Virus record (IMG/VR): IMGVR_UViG_3300029684_000026
Span: 1 to 29,724 of that record
DNA from: a virus
Strand: one strand, 5' to 3'
DNA length: 29,724 nt
Part shown: positions 7,898-17,306 of the stretch, in pieces
How the letters are laid out: every line of letters starts with the position of its first letter
Numbering within the stretch: the first letter of the stretch is position 1
Program-made: the position numbers and the translations under genes
Notes under the pieces: model-generated
Database searches by the model: none
What the model was told of the DNA's origin: nothing
The model's input: only the letters and a program-made list of their open reading frames with translations

Positions 7898-8353
7898 TTA
7901 TTTTTTGCTGGGGATTACCTGCACCACGGGCTCAACTTCCGTCTTGGGCTGGGCCTGGGAATAGGAGATATGCCCCTGCTCAATGACGAGGCAGGAACCG
8001 TCCTTGCAGACCTCGGTGCGTCCTGGCGTCACGTCTACGGAGTGCCCGCAGCCCTGGAAGAGAGATAAGCCGAGCATCCCCACAGCGGCGGAAGCCAAAG
8101 CCAGGAGAGCTTTTTTCCACCAGGTGGAAGCCCCGGAAGCCTTGATGCCGAGATAGTCTTTGATGTCCTCAACGGCGTGCTTGCCGATGATGGTGAGGGC
8201 CTGGTCTGCGACGTGATACCACGCTTGCCTGACATAGGCCGGTTCATCTTCCCAGCCCGTTTCTTTCGGGGCGTGGGATATGGCGGATTGGTACATGTTG
8301 TACATTTCCTTGGCTATCGCCTCGGCATGATTGCATTGATTATTAGTAGTCAT
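7898..8353 (-). CDS. Lysis-cassette membrane protein with an internal TM segment followed by Cys
   Basis: 151 aa. A soluble ~78-aa N-terminus is followed by 'WWKKALLALASAAVGMLGLSLFQGCGH' and a Cys-containing tail. Confidence 0.35.
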   Translation of the reverse strand: MTTNNQCNHAEAIAKEMYNMYQSAISHAPKETGWEDEPAYVRQAWYHVADQALTIIGKHAVEDIKDYLGIKASGASTWWKKALLALASAAVGMLGLSLFQGCGHSVDVTPGRTEVCKDGSCLVIEQGHISYSQAQPKTEVEPVVQVIPSKK

Positions 8354-8760
8354 ATGATTATGTTGTTATTGGTGAAGTATTTGAAAAATGCCACGGCGGC
8401 GGGGTCCGTGATGATGAATTCCGGGTAGTCCGCAGACGTGAATGTCCGGCGCCCACCATCCGCATTGACGGCCTCAACCGTAAGGATCACCGCCTCTGTG
8501 GACTGGTAATTGTCTGCATCTCCAGTCGGCGCCTGGAATACCCAGTTGCACCGCACCCAAACCTGCACCGCTTGCCAGTCCTCGTCCATGCCGGCGATCG
8601 CGGCCACCGCTGCTTTCAAGGCCGGGGCTTGGTCGGCGGGTATATCCGCTTGTGTATAGCAGAGGGAGAGTACAAAGCCGTTATTGTCTGGAAATCTGGC
8701 GGTCATAACAAATTCGTTCCACTGTCCGGGCTTAGGGAACTGTAAATGTATCTCTTGCAT
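8350..8760 (-). CDS. Hypothetical virion-associated protein
   Basis: 136-aa ORF with an ATG start and a 4-nt overlap with the next gene. No motif recognised. Confidence 0.5.
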   Translation of the reverse strand: MQEIHLQFPKPGQWNEFVMTARFPDNNGFVLSLCYTQADIPADQAPALKAAVAAIAGMDEDWQAVQVWVRCNWVFQAPTGDADNYQSTEAVILTVEAVNADGGRRTFTSADYPEFIITDPAAVAFFKYFTNNNIII

Positions 8761-8764
8761 GGTG

Positions 8765-10819
8765 TTATTGCGCTAATTGGTTGATTTCTACAACGGCGGC
8801 CTCGGCGTAATGGTGGCCGACAAACGCCCACACCTGCCGCGGTTGTCCAGTCGTGTTTGCCGCCAGCGTCAGGACAACCTGGCCGCCGCCGGACCCTATT
8901 TCTTCAGAGGATTGCGTGCACCACACAGCGGCGGGGTCATGTCCGCACATGGTATCGTTCAGCACATAGATAGCCTCGGAGAGGGTGGAAGACGCCGTCA
9001 ATGTCACCTCGCCGCCAGAGGCCGGAACTTCCTGAGCAGAAGCCGTTACTTCTGGAACTGGTTTAGGTGTCACGCCCTCCATTACCGTGTCCTTCATGAG
9101 GACCCAGGAGTTGGTTATGCCCAGTGAGGGTGCATTGTCTATCCTCATTCCTCCCATCCGGAGGCCCGCCTGATAAGTCCCGCTGACTTCGTGCGCCTTG
9201 AATTTGGTTGTAAGGCATGCTGTGTTGCCGGCGCCCCAAAAGGAGGAAGCCATATCCATTACATATTGCTTGTCCACAAACAAAGCCCAGCGATTGTAAA
9301 TCTCCTGGTCATCGGGGTTGGGTGGCGTCATGGCCGCGGAGACGTAGGTAAAAGCCGGAGCCAATGCCCAAACATAATGGGAATCTACCTTGAGGGGTCC
9401 GTAAAACGTCCCCCTTATCAAGGCCGACTTATTGCTCCCCAGATACCCCATAGGGTAGGTAGTGATCTGATACGCCGGCACATTGTCGCCCCCTCTCGCT
9501 CCATTGACTGTATTGTTTTGCGGATACCTGTAATTTGCATTATCCCAGGCATAATCCACCCAGTGCACAGGATGTGAATAGCAGGACGCCAGCGGATCGA
9601 CAGTCGTAGCGTACCCCTGGGCAGTGCTGCCCAAGAGAACCGACACCTTGTCGGAGCCAAGTATCCGCCAGGCGCAAGCGGCAGCATATTCGTTATTTCT
9701 ATTGTTGCCCATGTAATTGGCAAATTTCCATGATCCCGTGGATTTGCCGATAACAGAAACACCCCCGGCCGCCGTCATGGTTAATACCATATCGCACAAG
9801 TCGTTATTAAATACTCCCTTCTTCAGGGAGGCGTTAGCGGTAGCAATTGCGTAGCTTGTGTTCAACGACTGGGCTTCCACCAAGGCGGTCACCCATGACG
9901 GAATGACGGATTCCAGAAAATAGTTGGTGCGGCTCCATTGGCCGGCAGCCGTCATGGTTATCATTCCCTCATAGGAAATGGCATTCTGCCCTGTGGCGGG
10001 CAGCGGCACACGGACTCCTTCGATTGCGGTGATCGTGGCGTCGTAGGTCTGCGGCTGCGTCCAGTTATAAGACCCGTCCGGATTAACATCCCCGGTATCT
10101 CCTTTCTCGCCACGGGGTCCTTGGGGACCCTCCGGCCCCTCGGGGCCTTGCGGGCCGGCAGGACCCTGCGGTCCGGTTTCTCCAATGTCGCCTCTTGGTC
10201 CCTGTTCTCCGGTCGCTCCCTGAGGACCTTGAGGTCCTGCGTCGCCCCTGGGACCCTGAGGGCCTTCGGGGCCGGTTTCGCCCGGTTCCCCCTGCGGGCC
10301 TGGTGGGCCTTCGGGACCGGCGTCTCCTTTGGGGATGGTAAACGACAACAGATAAGAGCCCGCTTCCGAGCCTTTCACGGCTTCCGCTGCGGCAGGAGTG
10401 CCAGGCTCGCCGGTAGTGACCCGGTCCACCGAAAGATTGAAATTCTCGGCGTACTTCTTGGCCTGCTCCGCGTACCAGGCGGCGCTTGACGCATTATCAA
10501 GCACCACCTGCACGCAGCCGCTTCCTTCCGGCAGCTGCACGACGACCGCGCCCGCCACGGCCTGCTGTTCGTCCGGCAAGTCAGGCGTTACACGGCCCGC
10601 AGAAACAAAGCATCCGTAGAGCAGCGGTCTTTCCTCGTTTCCGTCGTCCATGAAGACGTCGTAGGACCACCTGCCCGCAGGCACCGAAGCCCAGGAAAGC
10701 ACGCCGTTACCCTCATCGTCGCGGGAAAAGCCGAACTCGGCGACGCCTGTCTTGAGACGGACAGCGCCGCGGAGGGTGACGCCGCTCATGTCGACGGGAT
10801 CCCCCTGAAAATCTACCAC
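8765..10819 (-). CDS. Collagen-repeat tail fibre with a C-terminal BACON/Ig-like domain
   Basis: 684 aa with a GTG start. Carries about 26 uninterrupted G-X-Y triplets (aa 165-243). The C-terminal ~97 aa ('[12 protein letters not shown]...[24 protein letters not shown]...VVEINQ') fit the BACON pattern. Confidence 0.75.
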   Translation of the reverse strand: MVDFQGDPVDMSGVTLRGAVRLKTGVAEFGFSRDDEGNGVLSWASVPAGRWSYDVFMDDGNEERPLLYGCFVSAGRVTPDLPDEQQAVAGAVVVQLPEGSGCVQVVLDNASSAAWYAEQAKKYAENFNLSVDRVTTGEPGTPAAAEAVKGSEAGSYLLSFTIPKGDAGPEGPPGPQGEPGETGPEGPQGPRGDAGPQGPQGATGEQGPRGDIGETGPQGPAGPQGPEGPEGPQGPRGEKGDTGDVNPDGSYNWTQPQTYDATITAIEGVRVPLPATGQNAISYEGMITMTAAGQWSRTNYFLESVIPSWVTALVEAQSLNTSYAIATANASLKKGVFNNDLCDMVLTMTAAGGVSVIGKSTGSWKFANYMGNNRNNEYAAACAWRILGSDKVSVLLGSTAQGYATTVDPLASCYSHPVHWVDYAWDNANYRYPQNNTVNGARGGDNVPAYQITTYPMGYLGSNKSALIRGTFYGPLKVDSHYVWALAPAFTYVSAAMTPPNPDDQEIYNRWALFVDKQYVMDMASSFWGAGNTACLTTKFKAHEVSGTYQAGLRMGGMRIDNAPSLGITNSWVLMKDTVMEGVTPKPVPEVTASAQEVPASGGEVTLTASSTLSEAIYVLNDTMCGHDPAAVWCTQSSEEIGSGGGQVVLTLAANTTGQPRQVWAFVGHHYAEAAVVEINQLAQ
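10091..10327 (-). repeat. Collagen-like G-X-Y coding repeat
   Basis: [79 protein letters not shown]. Confidence 0.95.
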
Positions 10820-10902
10820 ACGGACGACCAGCGACTGGTTCAGCCCCGTGACGGTCCGGATATCGTATTTGCCTGCCTGCTGCCTGGGAAAAAAGAGGAT
10901 GC

Positions 10903-10921
10903 GGGGGCGCAGCGCGCCCCC
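10903..10921 (-). terminator. GC hairpin, possible intra-operon terminator or attenuator
   Basis: GGGGGCGC-AGC-GCGCCCCC forms a perfect 8-bp stem. On the minus strand a T6 run follows after an 8-nt spacer, so it is not a textbook terminator. Confidence 0.4.
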
Positions 10922-10933
10922 TGGTGAAACGCG

Positions 10934-11491
10934 TCAGGAACCCGGCGCCGGCGTCACGTCCTGCACATTGGAGGGCGTGAACTGGTACTTGCCGCGATAA
11001 TCCATTTCGAACTCGAACTGGGGTGAAGCAATCGCCGTGGTGTGTTCGGGATCCTGCAGGAGGCGCAAGGCGCCATGCGCCGTTCCGACCAGATAGATAG
11101 TACCCACGTCGTTCTGATACCAGAAGTGAAGATACCCCTCAATCTTATTGTCGCCGCCATGTCCGACGGTGGTCGATTCCTCGCCGTTGGCGGGAGGCGC
11201 TCCCAAGGCGAAAGAAAGCTGGAACCATTCGGGGGACATGTCCGGCGTGGTGAAGGTCATCCGCTTGCCGGTCGTGGTGTTCTTGCGCTGCTGGCGATAT
11301 CCCAGCGCACCGCCGTAAAAGCGCGTCACTTCCCCTTCGACCTGGGTGGCGACGGACTGGAACGCTCCCAGCAGCCCGAAGCTCACCCAGGGCTGTTCAG
11401 GCCCGGCGGTCGGATCCGTTGGCGGAGACGTCGGAGGCGTCGGAAACTGGTCCGGCCCGGTGACGTAAGAAGCTCCCTCGTCTTCGGTCAC
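10934..11491 (-). CDS. Hypothetical virion protein (start uncertain)
   Basis: 185-aa ORF from a GTG start. The same frame stays open upstream to 11635 with plausible coding sequence. Confidence 0.5.
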   Translation of the reverse strand: MTEDEGASYVTGPDQFPTPPTSPPTDPTAGPEQPWVSFGLLGAFQSVATQVEGEVTRFYGGALGYRQQRKNTTTGKRMTFTTPDMSPEWFQLSFALGAPPANGEESTTVGHGGDNKIEGYLHFWYQNDVGTIYLVGTAHGALRLLQDPEHTTAIASPQFEFEMDYRGKYQFTPSNVQDVTPAPGS

Positions 11492-11598
11492 CTTGATGCC
11501 GTCGGGGAGGAAAATAGCCAGAACGCCGGTAATCTGCGGCGTGACGTTGCGGTTCGTGAATGTGGGATCGTATGTAGTTGCCCTGGTGCTTGAAACGG

Positions 11599-11796
11599 TT
11601 AGTAGATGATTGTTGCCTTGCCGTCGGCTTCCAGCTTATCGGCGAGTTCTTTCGTAACACGAATATGCGCTCCTTTCAAGAACGTTGAGCGCCCTATCCT
11701 CACTTCTTTGGACAGAATGAGGATGTTCGTGTTGATGACGGCGGCCTGCTCCGTCTTCTTCTCCGGTTCGGTGTTGGCTGCAGCTGCTTTGCTCAT
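11599..11796 (-). CDS. Small hypothetical protein
   Basis: 65-aa ORF with an ATG start, tightly packed in the neck gene block. Confidence 0.45.
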   Translation of the reverse strand: MSKAAAANTEPEKKTEQAAVINTNILILSKEVRIGRSTFLKGAHIRVTKELADKLEADGKATIIY

Positions 11797-11990
11797 TTGA
11801 TGTCAACAAGGTTGAGGGTTGCCAGAGCTTCCGCGATGGTCGCGGGAAGTTCCGGGGTGTCGGTTTTCATGAAGAGGCTGATGACCAGCCCTCCATCCAG
11901 TTCTGTTTTCGTGCTGACGACGCGGACGGTCACCTTGTCCTGGTGATCCCCCTGGTCTTTTTGCTGTTTATTTTTTGGCGTTCTGCTCAT
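11793..11990 (-). CDS. Small hypothetical protein
   Basis: 65-aa ORF with an ATG start and a 4-nt overlap with the next gene. Confidence 0.45.
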   Translation of the reverse strand: MSRTPKNKQQKDQGDHQDKVTVRVVSTKTELDGGLVISLFMKTDTPELPATIAEALATLNLVDIK

Positions 11991-12498
11991 GGAATTCCGT
12001 TTTGGTTCGTATGTTGATATTGATCGGGACGCGGTAGTCCACGGTCAAGACGTTCATTTGCCTCTTCTCTCCGTCGATAATCCCGGAAGAGGCAAAGCGC
12101 CCCTTGATCTTGGGCTTCATCATGGCGGGCGCGGGAAACGGAAGTGGATTCCAGTTCCACAGGGCATGCTCAATCACGTCGCCCACGGCGCGCAAATAGT
12201 AGGCCGGCGTCAGGCATTCCTCCGGGAACAGGGCAGCGTTGTGATAGATGGCTACAATAATGAAATACTGCCTCCACATGGTAGGTTCCGCCGTCTGCCC
12301 GTGTCCGTCCTGGTATTCATCCGCATCCCCGGGACACACCAGCACCACGCCGTTATTCCCCATTGCAGACATGATGATGTCATTGGCGGCATACTCCGGA
12401 TCAAAGGGCGCGTCAAAGATGTGGCAGCTCAATTCCTTGCTGCTTTTGAGCCGCTCAATGATGCGGCAGCTCATGGTCTGGTCAATGGAGGGGATCAT
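11968..12498 (-). CDS. Putative neck / tail-completion protein
   Basis: The ATG at 12496-12498 overlaps the upstream stop (ATGA). The 176-aa product is called by position only. Confidence 0.4.
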   Translation of the reverse strand: MIPSIDQTMSCRIIERLKSSKELSCHIFDAPFDPEYAANDIIMSAMGNNGVVLVCPGDADEYQDGHGQTAEPTMWRQYFIIVAIYHNAALFPEECLTPAYYLRAVGDVIEHALWNWNPLPFPAPAMMKPKIKGRFASSGIIDGEKRQMNVLTVDYRVPININIRTKTEFHEQNAKK

Positions 12499-13160
12499 GA
12501 TTCGTTTCCGATTTGGGTGAGGTATGTTTCCGCGGCGCGCTGCGCCATTTGGTCCATCGTCGGCAGGATGCCAGGAGTAGGAGCAATCGTTACTTCCCGG
12601 CACAGGATATAGAGGACGTCTCCTGTTTTCGTTCCTTTGCTGAAAAGCTTGCGGGCCGCTTTCTTCCCGGTGGAGGACTGGGCTGTCTTGAGAATCAGGA
12701 CACCGGTTACATTTCCATTCCGTCCTCCATTTTTGGAGGGGATGAATTGCAAGTCCTCTTTGCGGAAGCCTGCGCTGTAAATGCTTCGGGTCCCTCCATG
12801 CCCTCGTGGCGCGTTGATGGTGGGGATGGCGAGGTTCTGAATCGGCTTGCCGGTGACTTCCGAAGTGCGTCCGGTGGGCCGCAGCGGGCCGCCCAGGTAG
12901 CCCTGCGTGCCTATCCAGTGCAGGCCGATGCCGCGCCAGGCAATGGAGACGCTGACGCCTTCGGCGGTTTCTTCCATGCTGGTGGCGTCCGCCGCGGCGT
13001 CGTAGTAGTCCTTGCCCTGCTGGCGCAAGGTTTGCTGAATCATCAGACTGAGGGCAACGCCCGCCTTGCGGATGGCGGTCTTGTGCAGGGCGGCGGACGG
13101 CGCCATGTCGGCAAACGCGCGGTTAATCGCGGATTGGTCGATGTGGACGGTTACAGCCAT
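12495..13160 (-). CDS. Putative head-tail joining / virion morphogenesis protein
   Basis: The ATG at 13158-13160 ('MAVTVHID') is preferred over the longer Arg-rich extension in the ORF track. Called by position. Confidence 0.4.
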   Translation of the reverse strand: MAVTVHIDQSAINRAFADMAPSAALHKTAIRKAGVALSLMIQQTLRQQGKDYYDAAADATSMEETAEGVSVSIAWRGIGLHWIGTQGYLGGPLRPTGRTSEVTGKPIQNLAIPTINAPRGHGGTRSIYSAGFRKEDLQFIPSKNGGRNGNVTGVLILKTAQSSTGKKAARKLFSKGTKTGDVLYILCREVTIAPTPGILPTMDQMAQRAAETYLTQIGNES

Positions 13161-14287
13161 TTGACGGGTAAAACGTAAGGGGTTGACAGTTCCACATTGA
13201 GGGCTCCGGCGACGTCTTCCACTTTCCTGACGTGCCCGGAGGTAATGGGATAGGTGAATTCCCCCTCTTCCTTTGGGGAAACGGGGATATACTGGCGGGA
13301 GGACGCGGCGGCCACGTCTGCGGGCCGGGCGTACCAATCACCTTCCGGCTCGGAAGCCAGACGGTCCAGCAGACGGTCCAGGTAGAGGGCCGCCAGCGTT
13401 CCGGCCACGGCTCCCCCGGCTGCCGCCAGGCTGAAGGCCTGGGCCTGGCGCAAGGGGATCTCTTCCGGGAAATCCCCGGACAGGACGTCCGCCAGTTCCG
13501 CGTCCGTGTAAGGGCGCGTGCCGTTCGGGTCCGTGTAGGCAAAGGTGGTATTGCCGTCGTTCCCGGTCTTGACGCGCACGGCGTCTTTCAGGATGCGGCG
13601 GATCTTGTTCCTGTTGGATTCCGTCACGCCTTTGGCGTTGCTTTCCAAGGTTGCGTTGAAGCTGGGGGGAGCGGGACGGACGCGCGAAACCTCCAGTCCG
13701 GCCGCGCGGGCTTCTTCGGCTCCCACGGGGGCAATGTTCATGCCGGAAAGGTAATCGAAGGGAGGATAAGGCGTTCCGAAGCGCGAGAGGCGAATCCAGA
13801 TGTCGGAGGCCGCCAGGGCGTAGCCGACGGTTTCGCCGCGGATGAAACCAGAAGAAACTGCCTCCGTGGCTTCTTCTTCCAATCCGGCTCTGGCCCGGTT
13901 CCAGCGTTCGGCCCAGTAGCGGGGATCTTCCCGGCCCTGGGAGCGGTAAAATTTGAAGGCGGCCGTACTGTCGTCCTGTGTCCAGTTGTACCAGTTCCGG
14001 TAGCCGTGCGCCATGGCCGCATTGGTTTCCATGACGACCTGGATGCGGAGCCAGGATGACAAATCCTGAATGCCGCCCTGCCCCGTTGCCGGCGGTCGGT
14101 AGCCCTGCTGGCGCAGGGTTTCGCGGATGGACTGCTGCGCCTCTTCATAGCTCAGGGCGCCGGAGGCGACCTTCCCCGCCTTTTCCTCAAAGTCGGACAG
14201 GATAACGCCGGGCTCCACGCCGGACACGAAAAAGGCGCGTTCGGCGTAGTCGTTGGCGATCATCTCCATCTGGGCGGCGGTCATCAT
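13151..14287 (-). CDS. Hypothetical virion protein (weak Mu F / SPP1 gp7-like resemblance)
   Basis: 378 aa. 'RIQVVMETNAAMAHGY' and 'TPYPPFDYLSGM' are loosely reminiscent of head-morphogenesis proteins. Confidence 0.3.
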   Translation of the reverse strand: MMTAAQMEMIANDYAERAFFVSGVEPGVILSDFEEKAGKVASGALSYEEAQQSIRETLRQQGYRPPATGQGGIQDLSSWLRIQVVMETNAAMAHGYRNWYNWTQDDSTAAFKFYRSQGREDPRYWAERWNRARAGLEEEATEAVSSGFIRGETVGYALAASDIWIRLSRFGTPYPPFDYLSGMNIAPVGAEEARAAGLEVSRVRPAPPSFNATLESNAKGVTESNRNKIRRILKDAVRVKTGNDGNTTFAYTDPNGTRPYTDAELADVLSGDFPEEIPLRQAQAFSLAAAGGAVAGTLAALYLDRLLDRLASEPEGDWYARPADVAAASSRQYIPVSPKEEGEFTYPITSGHVRKVEDVAGALNVELSTPYVLPVKWL

Positions 14288-14760
14288 CGGTAGGTGCTTC
14301 TCATGGGGTTGAACCAGGGGCGCTGAGTGAAGCGCGGCATCATGTAGGCGGGGTCCGCCGGGGCGGCGCCGTCTACGCTTTCCGGCAGCATTTCGCCTCG
14401 TGCATAGCGGGCCAGCATCTCATCGGCCGATTCAGCGGCTTTCTGGCGCGTTTCGGTCAGGTTGATCTGGTAGCGCAGGTAAAGCTGCCGGATGATCAGC
14501 GGCCACGCCAGGGAGCGCATGCTCTGCGGGATGTCGTACATGCCGCTATTCTGGAGCGATTGCCGCAGGGCGAGGTTGTTGGCCAGCGCCCCGCGGATGG
14601 TCATGCAGACATCGTTGACCGCCTCCATCATGACATCCCGGTAGTCCAGGCTGCGCTGTTCCCCGGCTGTTACCAGGGCATCGCGTTCGGCGGTGTTGAG
14701 ACCGAGCAGCCGATCGGCTTCGTCGGTGGAAATCGTGGACCAGGCAGGAAAGGCGGACAT
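14284..14760 (-). CDS. Head-tail connector-like protein (Mu gp36 / DUF1320-like)
   Basis: 158 aa, immediately downstream of the capsid gene. 'IPQSMRSLAWPLIIRQLYLRY...ADEMLARYARGEM' parallels the DUF1320 layout as recalled from memory. Confidence 0.45.
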   Translation of the reverse strand: MSAFPAWSTISTDEADRLLGLNTAERDALVTAGEQRSLDYRDVMMEAVNDVCMTIRGALANNLALRQSLQNSGMYDIPQSMRSLAWPLIIRQLYLRYQINLTETRQKAAESADEMLARYARGEMLPESVDGAAPADPAYMMPRFTQRPWFNPMRSTYR

Positions 14761-14779
14761 GATGGAGGCGGGGTTGGGG

Positions 14780-15664
14780 TTAATCGCCGGTGGCCGTCGC
14801 GTCGATGCGGACGATGGCGCTGGGGTTCGTCAACTTGGTCAGCGAGTAGACGCGGTTGGTGACGAGCGTCAAGGCCGGCGTCGGCTTGTATTCAGTGATG
14901 ACTTCGCGGCGAAGCTTGCCGGAAAGCCCGAAGGTTTTGACGGCGGAGGCGTCGAACTGCGTCGGGGAGTCTTCCTTGTACAGGACGTAGACTTCGTTTT
15001 CCATGATGGTTTTCGCGTCGCCGGAAGCGTCGCGGTACGGCATGGAGGCGATGTAAATATCCCGGATGGGCCGGATCAGAGCCATGCGAAGCAGGTCTTC
15101 ATTGAACAGGCCGACGCTGTTGAAGGAAACCACCTGACGCGCCAGCGGATTGGACCTAAGTAGCTGCCATGCGTTGACGCCGAAGACAATCGTGGTCGGG
15201 AAGTGTCCGGTTGCGGCGTTGATGGACAGGATTGCCTTGTCCAGCTGATCCAACGGGTTTTTCTGCGGGTTGGCCCAGTCGCCCATCCCGGAAGCGGCCG
15301 GAAGCTGGCTCATCAGAAGCTTGGCGCGTTCGTATTCGTACGACGTCACAAACTGGGATTCGATGAGTTTGTATTCCGCCAGGGTGATGGCCTGCGCCTT
15401 TTCCCGGTTGACGCCCAGCAAGGCGTCAGGGATGGGCAGCGTCAAGCCGTAGCCCTGAAGGGTGTCGGTTTCGTTTCTGCCGCGCAGGACGGTCTGGCGG
15501 GGAGGTTCGCCCGGTCCCACCTGGATGGGCTGGACGGTGAAGGCCGATTCCGTGTCCCAGACCTTGTACTGGAAATTCAGGTCATAGACCGGGACGATCG
15601 GAGCGATGCGGCTGATGATGGAGTTCTCTTCGGTGTTCCCGGACCCCGCGGAATAGGAGGTCAG
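14780..15664 (-). CDS. Major capsid protein (HK97-fold, lambda gpE / Mu gpT-like); start uncertain
   Basis: Follows the protease/scaffold and decoration genes. The first canonical start is GTG at 15520, but the frame is open to 15727 and encodes protein-like sequence ('IISRIAPIVPVYDLNFQYKVWDTESAF'). 15664 is an in-frame CTG. Confidence 0.7.
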   Translation of the reverse strand: MTSYSAGSGNTEENSIISRIAPIVPVYDLNFQYKVWDTESAFTVQPIQVGPGEPPRQTVLRGRNETDTLQGYGLTLPIPDALLGVNREKAQAITLAEYKLIESQFVTSYEYERAKLLMSQLPAASGMGDWANPQKNPLDQLDKAILSINAATGHFPTTIVFGVNAWQLLRSNPLARQVVSFNSVGLFNEDLLRMALIRPIRDIYIASMPYRDASGDAKTIMENEVYVLYKEDSPTQFDASAVKTFGLSGKLRREVITEYKPTPALTLVTNRVYSLTKLTNPSAIVRIDATATGD

Positions 15665-15740
15665 GACATCGGTGAACTGAACGGCGGAGCAAAATGGAGT
15701 AGCCCTTGTTCTTGGTCTTTCTGTTGGTTAGGGTTAATAG

Positions 15741-16172
15741 TTAGGCTGCGGCAACCTGGTAGGACGGGACGAATCCGATTTCCACAAGGCCCTGTTCCCA
15801 CTGGGCATGAATAACGCGGGCATAGACGGTGTCGCCGCTGGCGGCGGCCTTCCATGTCCCGTTGGCCGTGATGGTGACGGGCGTTCCGGCGTTGATGGTT
15901 CCGGGCGTGTCGGATAGAGCCGCCTTGATGAGGCCGGCATACATGCCGACGAGCGCGGCGACGCAGGTTCCCTTGTTGGGCTGTCCCTGCAGGACGACGC
16001 CTAGCAGCTGCTCCTGCGTGGGAATAGCGGACAACGGAGTTCCGACAAATTCAGGGATGTCGGGATTCGCGGTCAGCGCCACGACGGTTCCTTCCTGTCC
16101 GCACAGGTCAACGCCTTCCGGGGCGTTGAAATAGACGATGGCGCTTTTCTGGGTTACGTTGAGTGATGGCAT
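15741..16172 (-). CDS. Head decoration protein (DUF2190-like)
   Basis: 143 aa, Gly/Ala/Val-rich, located between the protease/scaffold and capsid genes. Confidence 0.5.
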   Translation of the reverse strand: MPSLNVTQKSAIVYFNAPEGVDLCGQEGTVVALTANPDIPEFVGTPLSAIPTQEQLLGVVLQGQPNKGTCVAALVGMYAGLIKAALSDTPGTINAGTPVTITANGTWKAAASGDTVYARVIHAQWEQGLVEIGFVPSYQVAAA

Positions 16173-16193
16173 TGGTTTGATCAGGTTGAATAA

Positions 16194-17306
16194 TTAACGT
16201 TGGGCGGAGACGATGAAGCCCTCTTCGGTCGCCTTCTGGTAGGCGTCATAGCGCTTCATGCCGTCCTTGATGAGTTCGTTCACGCGGTTGTTGAATCCGT
16301 CAATGGATTCCTTCTTGCGGAATGGGTCAGGGGGATTCAGCGTCGCGCGGCGGTTCAGAGGCGTCCTTTTCGGCAGTTCCTTCTTTTCCTCCTGATCCGG
16401 TTTTTTGGGCGGAGTCTGGCGGTTGAGCGCACGGATAAAAGCGTTCAGCGCGGCGGGGCTTTCCCGGAGAGAGTTTTTCAGCTCTTCCCGGCGTTCTTCC
16501 GTGAATTCCTCGCGTTCTTCCTCGTCCAGCGCGTTTTCGTACGTGCTGACGGCGTCGTCCACTTCGGCGTTCACGTGGTCTTTCTCACGCTTTTCCAGCG
16601 AGAGCAGTTCATCAAGGCGTCCGAGGATCGCCCTGCTCATGTCGTCGGTGCCGTCAAATTCGACATCCAGCTTGTCAAGCAGGGAGTCGAACAGGGCCCG
16701 CTGGGCCTTGTCCATCTCCTTGGACGGATATTCTCTATCGTCGTTTTCCATATTGGTTTTCTGGGTTGTTTCCCCCTCTTCGGGGCTTTTGGGGTCGCCC
16801 CCGGCCTCGTCGGAGGCGGGGGAAGTCTGTCGGTTGACCAGAGGCCGCTTTCCCTTGATGCGCGGCCGGTTGGTCAGAGCGAAGCCGGTCAGACGCGACG
16901 GGCGGTAGACGCCGTCCGTCAAAGTCATGCCTTCGCCATATTCGGTGGATGATTGCGTGTATTCCTTGTCCTGCAGCATCTTCAGGCCGCGCGGCGTCCA
17001 TTCGATGAACCCGTAGAGTTCCAGCGTGCCGGAAGGGTCGCGGTAGGTGTCCAGCCTCTTGAGCCATCCGAGGGCCCGAGTATCGCGGGAAAGGTCGTGG
17101 CTCAGGTGGTCGCCGTCGATGAGCATGCCCGGGCCGTCAAAGGTGCGGGCGTTGAAGTCGTCCACCATGTCCCGGATCGCCTGCTCGTCGATGCGCAACA
17201 CGGCGGGACCCTCGCCGTAGTCAACGTCATGGTCTCCGCTTTTCTCAACGTGGAACCAGCCGTTGGCGGGTCGGGACAGGTCATTGATTTGTTTCGTGCT
17301 GATCAT
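16194..17306 (-). CDS. Mu gpI-like prohead protease / scaffold
   Basis: 'MLIDGDHLSH...ALGWLKRL...LELYGFIEWTPRGLKMLQDKEYTQSSTEY' parallels the Mu-like_Pro pattern (iDyeH..AaGWi..Lwa.veWT...eyry.SP). The C-terminal half is charged and scaffold-like. Confidence 0.65.
   Translation of the reverse strand: MISTKQINDLSRPANGWFHVEKSGDHDVDYGEGPAVLRIDEQAIRDMVDDFNARTFDGPGMLIDGDHLSHDLSRDTRALGWLKRLDTYRDPSGTLELYGFIEWTPRGLKMLQDKEYTQSSTEYGEGMTLTDGVYRPSRLTGFALTNRPRIKGKRPLVNRQTSPASDEAGGDPKSPEEGETTQKTNMENDDREYPSKEMDKAQRALFDSLLDKLDVEFDGTDDMSRAILGRLDELLSLEKREKDHVNAEVDDAVSTYENALDEEEREEFTEERREELKNSLRESPAALNAFIRALNRQTPPKKPDQEEKKELPKRTPLNRRATLNPPDPFRKKESIDGFNNRVNELIKDGMKRYDAYQKATEEGFIVSAQR

Noticed and set aside
10091-10327. 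Periodic nucleotide repeat considered as a CRISPR- or VNTR-like array
   Set aside because: The 9-nt-type periodicity is fully explained by G-X-Y collagen codons inside an intact ORF. There is no repeat-spacer architecture anywhere in the window.
11599-11640. Programmed -1 frameshift joining ORF 11599-11796 to the downstream ORF (G/GT style)
   Set aside because: The downstream frame is -1 and open across the overlap. However, no X_XXY_YYZ slippery heptamer exists in the overlap, and the genes are not next to the tape-measure gene.
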